From: Candidatus Multivoradales bacterium
GTDB lineage: Bacteria > Acidobacteriota > Thermoanaerobaculia > Multivoradales > J023
Length of the DNA stretch: 64,000 nucleotides
Reading direction: 5' to 3'
NCBI GenBank assembly: GCA_965248925.1
Contig: CBDFLE010000006.1
Location: 4,640,001-4,704,000 of the forward strand
Below the pieces are notes generated by a model. The model was not told where the DNA came from, did no database searches, and saw nothing but the letters and a program-made list of their open reading frames with translations. Each line of letters begins with the position of its first letter. Position 1 is the first letter of the stretch. Both the position numbers and the translations under genes were made by a program. Positions 30,421 through 41,041 of this stretch are shown piece by piece.

Positions 30421-31578
30421 GTGACCGCTACTAATGTCGAGCAGATTGTCAAAGAGCGCTACGCCAAGGGTGCGGAGCAGCAGGTGGCAGAACTCTGCTG
30501 TCCGGTGGACTACGACCCCAAGTATTTGAAAGTGATACCCGACGAAGTGCTCGAGCGCGACTATGGCTGCGGTGATCCCAGTCGTTACGTCAAGCCCGGC
30601 GAGACGGTGCTCGATCTGGGCAGCGGTACCGGTAAGATTTGCTTCATCGCCGCCCAGGTGGTGGGTGCTGAAGGCAAGGTCATCGGCATCGACATGACTG
30701 ACGAGATGTTGGCGGTGGCCGAGAGCGCGGCGCCGGTGGTGGCGGAGCGGTTGGGATTTGCCAACGTAGAGTTTCGTCGCGGTCGGATTCAAGATCTAGC
30801 GCTCGACTTGCGGCAGCTCGACGAGGCTTTGGCAGCCAGTCCGGTGACCTCCGCCGAGCAGCTCTTCGCCGCTGAGAGCCTGGCCGATCGGCTACGCCGA
30901 GAGCGGCCGATGGTGGCCACGGAATCGGTCGACGTTGTGGTTTCCAACTGTGTGCTCAACCTGGTCGAGAGTGGCCAGAAAGAGCGCATGTTCGCCGAGA
31001 TCCACCGGGTGCTCAAGCGGGGCGGACGGGCAGTGATTTCAGACATTGTCAGTGATGAGCTGGTGCCTCTCGAGATGCAGCAGGATCCGGAGCTGTGGAG
31101 CGGCTGTATTTCCGGCGCACTGACCGAAGACGGATTCTTGGCAGCCTTTGAGCAAGCTGGCTTCTATGGCATTCGCGTCCTCGAGCGCGAGACCACGCCC
31201 TGGCGTACGGTCGAGGGCTTGGAGTTTCGTTCCTTGGTGGTGGAAGCTTGGAAAGGTAAAGAAGGCGTTTGCCTGGAGCGCAACCAGGCGGTGATATATC
31301 GCGGACCATTCAGGGAGGTGCTCGACGACGATGGGCACCGAATGCTTCGCGGTCAGCGCTACGCGGTGTGTGAGAAGACCTTTCAGATTTATCAGAGCGG
31401 ACCCTACGATGAACACTTCGACTTCATCGAACCGCGGCAAGCCGTGCCGCTGGAGCTGGCGCAGCCGTTTGATTGCTCGCGCACGGTGCTGCGCCACCCA
31501 CGGGAGACCAAAGGCCAGGACTATGCCGCGACCTCCCAAGAGAGCGCTGATGGTTGCGATCCGGGCACATGCTGCTAA
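30421..31578 (+). CDS. ArsM/AS3MT-like SAM-dependent methyltransferase with C-terminal extension
   Basis: LCCP, YGCGDP, LDLGSGTG, SNCVLN, WSGCISGA and terminal CC; GAGGAG RBS before GTG. Confidence 0.85.
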   Translation: MTATNVEQIVKERYAKGAEQQVAELCCPVDYDPKYLKVIPDEVLERDYGCGDPSRYVKPGETVLDLGSGTGKICFIAAQVVGAEGKVIGIDMTDEMLAVAESAAPVVAERLGFANVEFRRGRIQDLALDLRQLDEALAASPVTSAEQLFAAESLADRLRRERPMVATESVDVVVSNCVLNLVESGQKERMFAEIHRVLKRGGRAVISDIVSDELVPLEMQQDPELWSGCISGALTEDGFLAAFEQAGFYGIRVLERETTPWRTVEGLEFRSLVVEAWKGKEGVCLERNQAVIYRGPFREVLDDDGHRMLRGQRYAVCEKTFQIYQSGPYDEHFDFIEPRQAVPLELAQPFDCSRTVLRHPRETKGQDYAATSQESADGCDPGTCC

Positions 31579-32438
31579 GTAGTCAGAGACACTGGTGGCT
31601 GATACTCGCTTGCTGGCTAGGCTCGGTGGCGGCAGCCTCGGCCGACCTCAGCGTGGTTGGTTCCTCGACCGTCAATCCGGTGGTTGCGGAAGCCGCCGAA
31701 TGGTTGCGGACCGAGCAGGGCCTGCGGATCACCGTCGACCCGGCTGGCGGCAGTTCCGGTGGCATCGCGGCGTTGGGCGACGGTCGTATTGATGTGGCAA
31801 TGTCCTCGCGGCCGTTGACCGCCAGCGATCGTCTGCGCTTTCCGCAAGGTCGGTTCGAGGCCCATCCGATCGGCAGCGATGCCGTTGCCTTGGTGGTCTC
31901 GCGCGATGTTTGGGAAAGCGGAGTGCGGTCGATCACCCGGCAGCAGATGCAAGCAATCTACGAGGGTCGAGTGCGGCGTTGGAGTGAGCTTGGCGGGCCC
32001 GATCGGCGCATTGCATTCTTTAACAAAGAGCCCGGTCGTGGTACCTGGGAGGTCTTTGTAAGCTGGTTGTATGGTGATCCGGCGGCGGCGCCCGCGGTCA
32101 GCTTTCCCGAGGTCGGAGCCAACGAAGAAGCGCGCACCAAGGTGGCTACCACCCGCGGCGGGCTGACTCAGCTGTCGGCCGCCTGGGCCGATGGCGAGCA
32201 AGTCTTCGCCTTGGCGATCAGCGATGGCCAGGGGCGGATGGTGCGGCCGAGCGCGACCGAGGTGGCTAGCGGTCGCTATCCGCTGTCGCGGCCGCTGCTG
32301 TTGATCACCGCCGGGCCACCCGGGGTGGAAGAGCGCCAACTGATCAATTTACTGCTCAGCGAACGAGGCCAAGAACTGGTGCTGCGGCATGGATACCTGC
32401 CCCTCGGGAGAGGAGGGGCGGCCAGCGGCGCGCCGTAG
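31569..32438 (+). CDS. pstS: PstS-like oxyanion ABC substrate-binding protein
   Basis: Signal peptide, GSSTV, GGSSGG, MSSR, YPLSRPL. Confidence 0.85.
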   Translation: MLLSSQRHWWLILACWLGSVAAASADLSVVGSSTVNPVVAEAAEWLRTEQGLRITVDPAGGSSGGIAALGDGRIDVAMSSRPLTASDRLRFPQGRFEAHPIGSDAVALVVSRDVWESGVRSITRQQMQAIYEGRVRRWSELGGPDRRIAFFNKEPGRGTWEVFVSWLYGDPAAAPAVSFPEVGANEEARTKVATTRGGLTQLSAAWADGEQVFALAISDGQGRMVRPSATEVASGRYPLSRPLLLITAGPPGVEERQLINLLLSERGQELVLRHGYLPLGRGGAASGAP

Positions 32439-32447
32439 AGTTCCACC

Positions 32448-33374
32448 ATGTTCGCGCCCCGCTCCGCGAGAGCTGTCGATTGGACCCGCGCCGCATGCTA
32501 CGCCGGTTGTGCCCTGGTGGCACTGGCTTTTGCTGCCTTGGTGGGCTTGCTGGTGTTCGAGAGCTTGCCGGTTTGGCGGCACGCGGGCGTCGGTTTCCTC
32601 AGCCGTCCCCGCTGGTTCTATCGCCAGGCGGAGTTTGGCGCCTCGGCGATGATCTATGGCACCGTAGCGGTGTCGGCGGTGGCCTTGCTGTTGGCGGCGC
32701 CGGTGGGGGTGTCGGCGGCAGTTTTTATTTCCGAGATCCTGCCGCGACGGTTGCGATTTCTGGTCAAAGCAGCGGTGGAGTTGCTCGCCGGTGTACCGTC
32801 GGTGGTCTACGGTTTGCTCGGGCTGCTGCTGTTGCGCGACTGGATCTACCGCCTGTTGGAACCTTGGGAACCGTTGTCGGGTGACACTTTGCTCACCGCG
32901 GGAGCCTTGCTGGCGGTGATGATCCTGCCCACTGTAATTACTCTGAGCGACGATGCTCTCGGCGGCGTTCCGGCCGCTCAGCGCCAAGCCGCTCGCGCAC
33001 TGGGTCTGAACCGTGCCGAGGTCGTGCTGGGAGTCAGCCTGCGCCAGGCTCTGCCGGGGGTAGCGGCCGCCGTCCTGTTGGCCCTGGGGCGAGCGGTTGG
33101 AGAGACCATCGCCATTTTCCTGGTGGTGGGCCGGCAAGACAATCAGTGGCCCGAGCGGCTGTTGTCATTGCGGCCACTGGGTGAGGCGGGGCAAACAATG
33201 ACCAGCAAGTTGGCGGGTTCAGAAACCTTTCTGGCCATGGGCGACCCGCTGCATTGGGCGGCGATGCTCGGCTTGGCGGCGCTGGTGCTGGTTTTCTCCG
33301 GTCTGCTCACTTGGGTAGGGGTCAGTCTAGCTGGCCTCGGCGAATCTCCCGGGCAGAGGTCGAGCAATGCGTAA
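32448..33374 (+). CDS. pstC: Phosphate ABC permease PstC
   Basis: ELLAGVPSVVYG, MILP, GRAVGET. Confidence 0.9.
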   Translation: MFAPRSARAVDWTRAACYAGCALVALAFAALVGLLVFESLPVWRHAGVGFLSRPRWFYRQAEFGASAMIYGTVAVSAVALLLAAPVGVSAAVFISEILPRRLRFLVKAAVELLAGVPSVVYGLLGLLLLRDWIYRLLEPWEPLSGDTLLTAGALLAVMILPTVITLSDDALGGVPAAQRQAARALGLNRAEVVLGVSLRQALPGVAAAVLLALGRAVGETIAIFLVVGRQDNQWPERLLSLRPLGEAGQTMTSKLAGSETFLAMGDPLHWAAMLGLAALVLVFSGLLTWVGVSLAGLGESPGQRSSNA

Positions 33375-34215
33375 ATTGCTCGACCGAGCTCTGACTTGGA
33401 GCACCGGGCTGTGTGCTGCTTTCGCCATGTTGGTGTTGTTAGGGATAGCCGGCAATCTGATCTGGCGTGGTTTGCCGGCTCTGAGTTGGCAGTTTCTCAG
33501 CCAGTCCACCACTCAGGCCGGAGCGGCTGGCGGGGTGTTCTACCAATTGGTGGGCACTTTGATTCTGTTGCTGACCGCGCTGTTTGTCTGCCTGCCGTTG
33601 GCGATTGCCTTGGGTCTCGGTGGAGGATTCTACCTCCGCGGCCGGCCACGACGTTGGTTGGTATTGGGGCTCTACACCGCCAACGGCGTGCCCTCGGTGG
33701 TCTATGGCATTTTCGGCTTGCTGATCTTTGTCCGTTGGCTAGACTGGGGAAAATCGTGGTGGGTCGGCGGCTTGCTGCTCGGTTGGATGATCTTGCCGAC
33801 GGTGGCCTTGGCGCTTTACGAACGGGTCGTTCGGCTGCCGGCTCAGTATCTGCACGCGGCCGCCGCCCTTGGGCTCGATCGTTCGCGCATCGCCTGGGCG
33901 GTAGTGCTGCCGCAGAGCCGTGCCGGTCTGCTTTCCGGGATCTTGTTGGGGTTGGCCCGAGCGGCGGGTGAGACCGCGCCGATCTTGTTCGCGGCGGCGG
34001 TGTTCTCCGGCGCCACCTGGCCGCGGGGTCTGACCGACAGTCCGGTTCTGGCGCTGCCGTACCATATTTTCGTACTCGCCCAAGACACCTACACGGCCGG
34101 TGCCGAAGCCCGTCTGTGGGCCACCGCGACGGTGCTTCTCGGCCTGGTTACCATGCTCGCATTGTTGGCGTTGCCGGCCCGCCTGGGGCTGCACGAGGAG
34201 GCTCACCATGGTTGA
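33367..34215 (+). CDS. pstA: Phosphate ABC permease PstA
   Basis: GVPSVVYG, ARAAGETAP. Confidence 0.9.
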   Translation: MRKLLDRALTWSTGLCAAFAMLVLLGIAGNLIWRGLPALSWQFLSQSTTQAGAAGGVFYQLVGTLILLLTALFVCLPLAIALGLGGGFYLRGRPRRWLVLGLYTANGVPSVVYGIFGLLIFVRWLDWGKSWWVGGLLLGWMILPTVALALYERVVRLPAQYLHAAAALGLDRSRIAWAVVLPQSRAGLLSGILLGLARAAGETAPILFAAAVFSGATWPRGLTDSPVLALPYHIFVLAQDTYTAGAEARLWATATVLLGLVTMLALLALPARLGLHEEAHHG

Positions 34216-35065
34216 GTCGCGGTCTTCTGCTGCTCAGCCGGCCGCGTCGCCGCTGCTCGAGGTGCGGGGATTGTCGGTCTGGGCTGGCGAGCGCCAGCTG
34301 TTGCGAGGGATTGATCTCGAGGTGATGCCAGGCCAGGTGCTTGGGGTGATCGGCCCCTCGGGCTGCGGCAAGACCACCTTTCTCCGCTGTCTCAACCGCC
34401 TGGTCGACTTGATCAGCGGTTTGCGGGTGAGTGGTGAGGTGCGCTTCGCGGGTCGCTCGATCTATGGCGCGGATTGCGATGCCGATGCCCTCCGCGCCGA
34501 AGTCGGCATGCTCTTTCAACAGCCGGCGGTATTCCCTGGTTCGATTGCTGAGAACGTCATCTTCGGCGCGCGGCGGATCTACCGCTTGGCGCGGACCGAG
34601 CAGCCGGCGCGGGTGGAGTGGGCGCTGCGCGAAGCGGGGCTGTGGGACGAAGTGGCGGATCGCCTGAGTGCGTCGGCGGTAACTCTTTCGGTGGGTCAGC
34701 AGCAGCGCCTTTGTCTTGCCCGGGCGCTGGCCATGAAACCACGTGTGCTACTGCTGGACGAGCCCACCAGTGCTTTGGATGAGCGGGCCAGCGCCCAGAT
34801 TGAGGAGTTGGTCTTACGGCTAGCCAAGCGGTTGACCTTGATCATGGTGACCCACGACCTGGCGCAGGCGCGCCGGGTGACCGATCAGCTGGCGCGCTTC
34901 GAGCTGCGCCAAGGGGTGGGTGAGATGGTCCAACAAGGCCCCACCCACCAGCTGCTGGCTCTGCCTCGGCGAGTCGACAGCCGGCGAGAAAATCTGCCAC
35001 CCATGGCCCGTTCGGCGGTGGGTTCGGGGCCGACTCTGAGCCCATTCCCTGAGGAGAACGACTGA
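34208..35065 (+). CDS. pstB: Phosphate ABC ATPase PstB
   Basis: GPSGCGKT, LSVGQQQR, LLDEPT, VTH. Confidence 0.9.
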   Translation: MVESRSSAAQPAASPLLEVRGLSVWAGERQLLRGIDLEVMPGQVLGVIGPSGCGKTTFLRCLNRLVDLISGLRVSGEVRFAGRSIYGADCDADALRAEVGMLFQQPAVFPGSIAENVIFGARRIYRLARTEQPARVEWALREAGLWDEVADRLSASAVTLSVGQQQRLCLARALAMKPRVLLLDEPTSALDERASAQIEELVLRLAKRLTLIMVTHDLAQARRVTDQLARFELRQGVGEMVQQGPTHQLLALPRRVDSRRENLPPMARSAVGSGPTLSPFPEEND

Positions 35066-36291
35066 TGTCTAGCAGCAACCACATAGCTATTTTGGGTACC
35101 GGCCCAACAGGTATCGAAGCTGCTTTGGCCGCTACCGATGCCGGCCTCTCTTTCACCCTATACGAGGCTGGCGAGCGGGTCGCCGAGGCGATCCAACAAT
35201 GGGGCCACGTACGGTTGTTCTCGCCCTGGGATCTCGATGTTTCGCCGCGTATGCGGCGCCATTTGCAAGCAGCCGGGCTGGACTGCCCGCTGGGTGATGC
35301 CTGTCCAAAGGGGGCCGAGCTAGTCGAGCAGGTGCTCAAACCGCTGTGTCGTTTGCCGAGTATCGCGCCGTACTTGAGGTTGTCGAGTCGGGTGGTGGCG
35401 ATTGGCCGTCGTGGTTTGCTCAAGCATGAGGAGATCTGTAGCGAGGAACGTGGCGGTCGACCTTTTCAGTTATTGGTACGGGACGCGCAGGGCAAGGAAA
35501 CCGCCGAGCAAGCCGCGCGGGTGCTCGATTGCAGCGGCACCTGGGGTCAGCCCAATCAGCTTGGGGATGGGGGAATTCCGGCCCTAGGCGAAACTGCACA
35601 TGGTGCCGCCATCGGTCGCCACGTGCCCGACATCGCCGGTGTACCCGAAGAGTGGGCTGGGCGGACAATCTTACTGATCGGCGCCGGCTATTCGGCCCAG
35701 ACCGCTGCTCGCGAGTTGGCGGCGGTGGCCGAGAAACACCCAGCTACCCAGTTGATCTGGGCCCTGCGCTCGGCGCCGTCGTTCCCCGTCGAGGACGACG
35801 ATCCCCTGCCAGAGCGGGCTGCCCTGAGCCGCGCGGCGGCGGCGCTGACGCAAGATCACCACCCGGCGGTTAAAGTTCTTGCCCCGGTCGTGGTCGAGGC
35901 GATCACCCGCCCGGACCAGCGTTTCTCAGTCACTCTGCGCCGGGCTAGCGGCGAGTCGCTCGAAGTCGTTGCCGACCGGGTCTTGGCGCTGACTGGTTAT
36001 GCCCCCGACGCATCGATTTACCGCCAGCTACAAGTCCACGAATGCTATGCCACCAGTGGACCGATCAAGCTAGCCGCGGCACTGCTTGGGTCCGGCGGCG
36101 GCGGCTGCCTGGCCCAGACCAGCCACGGTGTCGAAAGCCTGTTGAACCCCGAGCCCGGCTTCTTCATTCTTGGCAACAAATCTTACGGTCGCAACACCAC
36201 TTTTCTGATGCGAACCGGCTGGCAACAGGTCGAGGAGGTCTTCGCTTATCTGCTGTCGGAGGTAGAAAACACCGTCACCCACACCGCCTAA
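35065..36291 (+). CDS. FAD/NAD(P)-dependent oxidoreductase of the type often found in ars operons
   Basis: GTGPTG, WGHVRLFSPW, GAGYSA, KSYGRNTTFL; TGATG coupling to pstB. Confidence 0.8.
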   Translation: MSSSNHIAILGTGPTGIEAALAATDAGLSFTLYEAGERVAEAIQQWGHVRLFSPWDLDVSPRMRRHLQAAGLDCPLGDACPKGAELVEQVLKPLCRLPSIAPYLRLSSRVVAIGRRGLLKHEEICSEERGGRPFQLLVRDAQGKETAEQAARVLDCSGTWGQPNQLGDGGIPALGETAHGAAIGRHVPDIAGVPEEWAGRTILLIGAGYSAQTAARELAAVAEKHPATQLIWALRSAPSFPVEDDDPLPERAALSRAAAALTQDHHPAVKVLAPVVVEAITRPDQRFSVTLRRASGESLEVVADRVLALTGYAPDASIYRQLQVHECYATSGPIKLAAALLGSGGGGCLAQTSHGVESLLNPEPGFFILGNKSYGRNTTFLMRTGWQQVEEVFAYLLSEVENTVTHTA

Positions 36292-36509
36292 CTCGCTGAT
36301 TCTGTTCCCTTCGCGCGGCACCTCGATCCGGCGGCGCTCGCCGCCGTCTGCGAAGAGTTCAATGCGTTCGCTGCTCGGGCTCGTGGAGCCCAAGCCGCGG
36401 TGCGGCATCAATTTGCGGTAAGATGGCCCGCCGCTTTCGAAGCTACAATTCCGGCCGCTTCAGCACCGGCCTTGAGAAATTCAGTGACTCGCCAAGTCAG
36501 GAGAAGGGC

Positions 36510-38942
36510 ATGAGCTATGAGATCAAGAGTGTCGCGGTCATCGGCGCGGGAACCATGGGCGCGGCGATTGCCGCCCACTGCGCGAATGCCGGCTTGCCGG
36601 TGCTACTGCTCGACATCGTGCCGCGGCAGCTGACCGACAAGGAATCGGCCAAGGGCTTGACCCTCGACAGCCCGGCGGTGCGTAATCGCATTGTCAGCGA
36701 GGGTTTCCAGCGCATCGCCAAGCTCAAGCCGGCCTCGCTGATGAGCGCCAAGGGCAAGAAGTTGGTTCGCCTGGGCAACTTGGAAGACGATTTCGACCAG
36801 CTGGCGGGGGTTGATTGGATCGTCGAGGCGATTATCGAAAAACTGTCGATCAAGCGGTCGCTGGTCGAGCGCCTCGACGCGGTGATCGGCGAGCATGCCA
36901 TCGTCACCACCAACACCTCGGGGTTGCCGATTTCGCAGATCGTCGAGGGGCGCTCGGCGAGTTTCAAGAAACGCTTCTTTGGCACCCACTTCTTCAACCC
37001 GCCCCGCTACATGAAGCTGCTTGAGGTGATCCCCGGCGGCGCAGCCGACCCGGCGGCGGTGGATGCCATTGCCGAATTCGCCACCAGCCGCTTGGGCAAA
37101 GGGGTGGTGCGCTGCAAGGACACACCGAATTTCATCGGCAACCGGATTCTTTCGATCCACGGCTCGCAGGTGATCGACGCCGCTTTCGCTGATGGCTACA
37201 GCCTGGAAGAGGTCGACGCGGTCACCGGGCCGCTGATCGGACGGCCGAAGACTGGCACCTTCCGTCTCCAGGACCTGGTGGGCATCGATGTTTCGGCCTT
37301 CGTTGGCAAGAACCTGCATGGGCTGATTCCCGAGGACCCTTACCGTGATGTGCTGATCTCGCCGCGGTTGGAGAAGGTCATCGGCGGTCTGATCGAGCGC
37401 GGTCGGTTGGGCAACAAGACCCGCCAGGGCTTCTACAAGAAGGGCAAGGACGAGAACGGTAAGAGGGTCTTCTTGGTGCTTGATCCTGAGACATTCGACT
37501 ACCGTCTGCCGGCCAAGGTGCGTTTCGAGGCGGTTGGCGCGGTGCGCAAGATCGAAGATCTTGGCGAGCGCTTGCAGGCTCTGTTCGACGAGCGTTTTGC
37601 GGCCGATCGCGGGGCCCGTTTCGCTTGGCAGACGGTTGCCGGGTTGCTCGAGTATGCCGCCGTCACTGCGCAAGAGATTGCCTTCGATCTGGCGAGCATC
37701 GACAACGCCGTGCGCTGGGGCTTTGCCCACCAAGCCGGGCCTTTTGAGCTGTGGGATCAGCTCGGTGTCGAGGCGATCGCGGATCGACTGGAGGCCGAGG
37801 GCCGCCGGGTGGCGCCATGGGTGCGGGAGATGCTGGCTGCTGGCTGCAGCACTTTCTATCGTCGCCAGGATGGCCGGGTGACTGGCTACTACGACTGGGC
37901 TACCCAAGCCTATCGCGATCTCGAGCGGGATCCACGGCAGTTCACCGCCGCCGATTTGCACGCCGCCGGTGCCGAGCTTGCCGCCAACGAAAGTGCCTCG
38001 TTGCTGGATATGGGTGACGGGGTGCTGTTGGTCGAATTCCACGCCAAGATGAACGCCATTGACGATCAGCTGGTGGCGATGATCAATCAGGGCGTCGAGC
38101 TCCTTGAGGACGACCCGTGGCGGGCAATGGTAATCGGCAATGACGCCACCAACTTCTGCGTCGGCGCTAATCTGATGGGCGTTGGCCTGGCTGCCCAGGC
38201 GGGCAATTTCGATGCCGTCGACCAGGGTAGCCGAGCTTTGCAGGATGCCTTGATGGGGGTGCGCTACGCCGCTAAACCGGTAGTGGCGGCGGTACAGGGC
38301 ATGGCCTTGGGCGGCGGCGCCGAAATCGCCTTGGCGCCAGCTCGGATCGTCGCCAGCGCCGAGGCTTACTTCGGTCTGGTGGAGGCCGGTGTCGGCTTGG
38401 TGCCGGCCGGTGGCGGGATGAAGGAATTGGTTCGCCGTTCGATCTCGCAGGTGATGCGAATCGAACATGCCGATGCGCTGCCAACGGCGCAGAAAGTGCT
38501 CCAGGCGGTGGGCACGGCACAGGTCACCAGCAGTGCCGTCGAGGGTAAGGAGTGGGGCTTCCTCGCGCCGAGCGACAAGATCGTCATGCACCGTGGACAG
38601 CTATTGTGGGCGGCCCAGCAAGAGGCGTTGAAGATGGCCGCTGCCGGCTATCGGGCGCCGTCGCCAGCCAAGCTATACGGCGGCGGTCGCGACCTCGAAG
38701 CCGCCTTGCGCATGGTGGTGTGGTCGATGCAGCAGGCCGGTTGGGCGAGCGATCACGATCGGGCGATCGGCGACCACTTGGCCTACATCCTGGCCGGTGG
38801 TGATGCCAGCGGCGAAGGTTGGTTCGACGAGCAGCATTTCCTTGATCTCGAACGCCACGCTTTCGTCGAATTGCTGCAGACCGAGAAGACCCAGGCACGG
38901 ATCGCGCACATGCTCAAGACCGGTAAACCACTGCGCAACTAG
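36510..38942 (+). CDS. 3-hydroxyacyl-CoA dehydrogenase / enoyl-CoA hydratase fusion (FadN-like)
   Basis: GAGTMG, TNTSG, HFFNPPRYM; C-terminal crotonase FCVGAN and GGGAE. Confidence 0.93.
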   Translation: MSYEIKSVAVIGAGTMGAAIAAHCANAGLPVLLLDIVPRQLTDKESAKGLTLDSPAVRNRIVSEGFQRIAKLKPASLMSAKGKKLVRLGNLEDDFDQLAGVDWIVEAIIEKLSIKRSLVERLDAVIGEHAIVTTNTSGLPISQIVEGRSASFKKRFFGTHFFNPPRYMKLLEVIPGGAADPAAVDAIAEFATSRLGKGVVRCKDTPNFIGNRILSIHGSQVIDAAFADGYSLEEVDAVTGPLIGRPKTGTFRLQDLVGIDVSAFVGKNLHGLIPEDPYRDVLISPRLEKVIGGLIERGRLGNKTRQGFYKKGKDENGKRVFLVLDPETFDYRLPAKVRFEAVGAVRKIEDLGERLQALFDERFAADRGARFAWQTVAGLLEYAAVTAQEIAFDLASIDNAVRWGFAHQAGPFELWDQLGVEAIADRLEAEGRRVAPWVREMLAAGCSTFYRRQDGRVTGYYDWATQAYRDLERDPRQFTAADLHAAGAELAANESASLLDMGDGVLLVEFHAKMNAIDDQLVAMINQGVELLEDDPWRAMVIGNDATNFCVGANLMGVGLAAQAGNFDAVDQGSRALQDALMGVRYAAKPVVAAVQGMALGGGAEIALAPARIVASAEAYFGLVEAGVGLVPAGGGMKELVRRSISQVMRIEHADALPTAQKVLQAVGTAQVTSSAVEGKEWGFLAPSDKIVMHRGQLLWAAQQEALKMAAAGYRAPSPAKLYGGGRDLEAALRMVVWSMQQAGWASDHDRAIGDHLAYILAGGDASGEGWFDEQHFLDLERHAFVELLQTEKTQARIAHMLKTGKPLRN

Positions 38943-39007
38943 GTCTGCTTGAAGGCTGAAGAATCGATGATTTTTACCGCATACCATTCCTCCCGAGGAG
39001 GTCGAAG

Positions 39008-40186
39008 ATGAACCAAGCAGTGATTGTCAGCGCCACCCGCACCGCGGTGGGTCGGGCGAAGAAAGGAACTTTGGCCAACACCCGGCCGGAGCAGCTCGGT
39101 GCCGCCGCTGTCACCGAAGCCCTGCGCCGAGCCACGGGACTCGATGCGGCGGCGGTCGACGACGTCATCATAGGTTGTGCGATGCCCGAGGGTGAGCAGG
39201 GGCTCAATATGGCACGGGTGATTTCGCTGCGCGCCGGCTTGCCGGATTCGGTGACCGCGCAGACCATCAACCGCTTCTGCTCTTCCGGCCTACAGTCCAT
39301 TGCTTTGGGTGCGCAGCAGATCATGTCCGGCATGGGCGAGGTGATCGTCGCCGGCGGCACTGAGTCGATGAGCATGGTGCCGATGTCGGGCTATCATTTC
39401 CGCCCCGACCCGTGGATGGTCGAGAATCAGCCGGAAATCTACATCTCGATGGGCATCACCGCCGAGAACGTGGCCAAGAAATTCGGCATCAGCCGCGCCG
39501 CTGCCGATGAGTTCAGCGCCGGTTCGCACAGCAAGGCGCTAGCGGCCAATGGCAGTGACCGGTTTCGCGATGAGATCGTGCCGATCAAAGTCGAGCAAGT
39601 GCGAATCGAGCACGGCGAACGCCACTGCCAGACGGTGATTTTTGATACCGACGAGGGACCCCGTGCCGGTTCAACGCCAGAAGTGCTGGCCAAGCTGCGG
39701 CCGGCCTTCCATGCGCGCGGCACGGTGACCGCCGGCAACAGCTCGCAAATGTCCGATGGCGCCGCCGCGGTGGTGGTGATGTCGGCCGCCAAGGCCGAGC
39801 AGTTAGAGATCAAGCCGCTGGCCCGATTCCTGGGCTTTGCCACCGGTGGGGTGCCGCCTGAGCTTATGGGCGTCGGGCCGGTCGAGGCCATTCCCAAGGC
39901 GCTGCGCTATGCTGGTCTGAAGCTCGAAGACATCGATCTGATCGAACTCAACGAGGCTTTCGCCGCTCAGGCCCTGGCGGTGATTCAAGAGGCCGGCCTC
40001 GATGCGGAGAAGGTCAATGTCAACGGTGGCGCGGTCGCTCTAGGGCATCCGCTGGGCTGCACCGGAGCCAAGCTGACCACCCAGTTGATCTATGAGATGA
40101 AGCGCCGCGGTAGCCGCTACGGCATGGTTACCATGTGTATTGGCGGCGGCATGGGCGCGGCGGGGATCTTCGAGAACCTGGACTGA
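39008..40186 (+). CDS. fadA: Acetyl-CoA C-acyltransferase (thiolase)
   Basis: NRFCSSG, NEAFA, GHPLG, CIGGGMG. Confidence 0.95.
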   Translation: MNQAVIVSATRTAVGRAKKGTLANTRPEQLGAAAVTEALRRATGLDAAAVDDVIIGCAMPEGEQGLNMARVISLRAGLPDSVTAQTINRFCSSGLQSIALGAQQIMSGMGEVIVAGGTESMSMVPMSGYHFRPDPWMVENQPEIYISMGITAENVAKKFGISRAAADEFSAGSHSKALAANGSDRFRDEIVPIKVEQVRIEHGERHCQTVIFDTDEGPRAGSTPEVLAKLRPAFHARGTVTAGNSSQMSDGAAAVVVMSAAKAEQLEIKPLARFLGFATGGVPPELMGVGPVEAIPKALRYAGLKLEDIDLIELNEAFAAQALAVIQEAGLDAEKVNVNGGAVALGHPLGCTGAKLTTQLIYEMKRRGSRYGMVTMCIGGGMGAAGIFENLD

Positions 40187-40251
40187 GAGCCCCGGGTCGA
40201 ATCGCGGATGCTGTATTTGACTCATCCCCATGAGTCAAATACACTCCCCGC

Positions 40252-40509
40252 ATGACTCAGCGACTTCAAGTGCTATTCGAGAAAGACGAACTGGAAGAGA
40301 TCAAGCAGCTGGCGAGGCGTCTGAGGATGACGACCGCGGAGTGGGTGCGGCAGACACTTCGCGAAGCGCGCCGGCAGCAGCCGCTACGAACTGCCGAGCG
40401 CAAGCTACGGGCGATTGACCGAGCCTCGGAGCATTCTTTCCCCGCCCCTGGAATCGCCCAGATGCTGCAAGAGATCGAAGCCGGTTACGGTACTGAGAGT
40501 GGCTCTTGA
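40252..40509 (+). CDS. RHH/CopG-type antitoxin
   Basis: RLQV...EWVRQTL pattern; overlaps PIN toxin start. Confidence 0.78.
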   Translation: MTQRLQVLFEKDELEEIKQLARRLRMTTAEWVRQTLREARRQQPLRTAERKLRAIDRASEHSFPAPGIAQMLQEIEAGYGTESGS

Positions 40510-40901
40510 TCTTCGTTGACTCAAATATCCCGATGTATCTTGTGGGTGCCGATTCGGCTCTCAAGAGAGCTGCTGGCGGCCTCTTGCAAAGCTGTATCGC
40601 TGCCGATGAGCGGCTGGTGACCGACGCCGAGGTGCTGCAAGAGATCCTCCACCGATATGCAGCCATTGCTCGGCGAGAAGCCATCCAACCGTCGTTTGAC
40701 GCGCTTCTAGGTGTTGTCGATGAGGTGTTCGGAATCGAGCCTGAAGATGTCTTGCTGGCCAAGGAGACCGTTCTCGCGACCCTGCTCTCCGCCAGAGACG
40801 CGCTGCACTTGGCGGTCATGAAGCGTCGCGGAATTGATCGCATCCTGACTTTCGATTCCGACTTCGACGGGCTCGAGGGTGTGACCCGGATCAAACCATA
40901 G
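40506..40901 (+). CDS. vapC: VapC PIN-domain toxin
   Basis: FVDSN, QE, RDALH, TFDSDF. Confidence 0.9.
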   Translation: MIFVDSNIPMYLVGADSALKRAAGGLLQSCIAADERLVTDAEVLQEILHRYAAIARREAIQPSFDALLGVVDEVFGIEPEDVLLAKETVLATLLSARDALHLAVMKRRGIDRILTFDSDFDGLEGVTRIKP

Positions 40902-41041
40902 TTGCGCCCTTGCGAGGTGCCCGGAAACCAGCTTCGCCTCCAGGTCTCATGCTAACCTCAGCGATCTCGAAGCGCAGATGAAAGGGCAGTTAGAAGACCC
41001 TGCGGCGACTCCCTGCTGGGAGCTGCGAGGAGGTTTGGTAG

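Noticed and set aside
36603-38591. Long antisense ORFs (also 114-1175, 46957-47949, 60711-62243)
   Set aside because: Shadow frames of well-supported genes, as expected in high-GC DNA.
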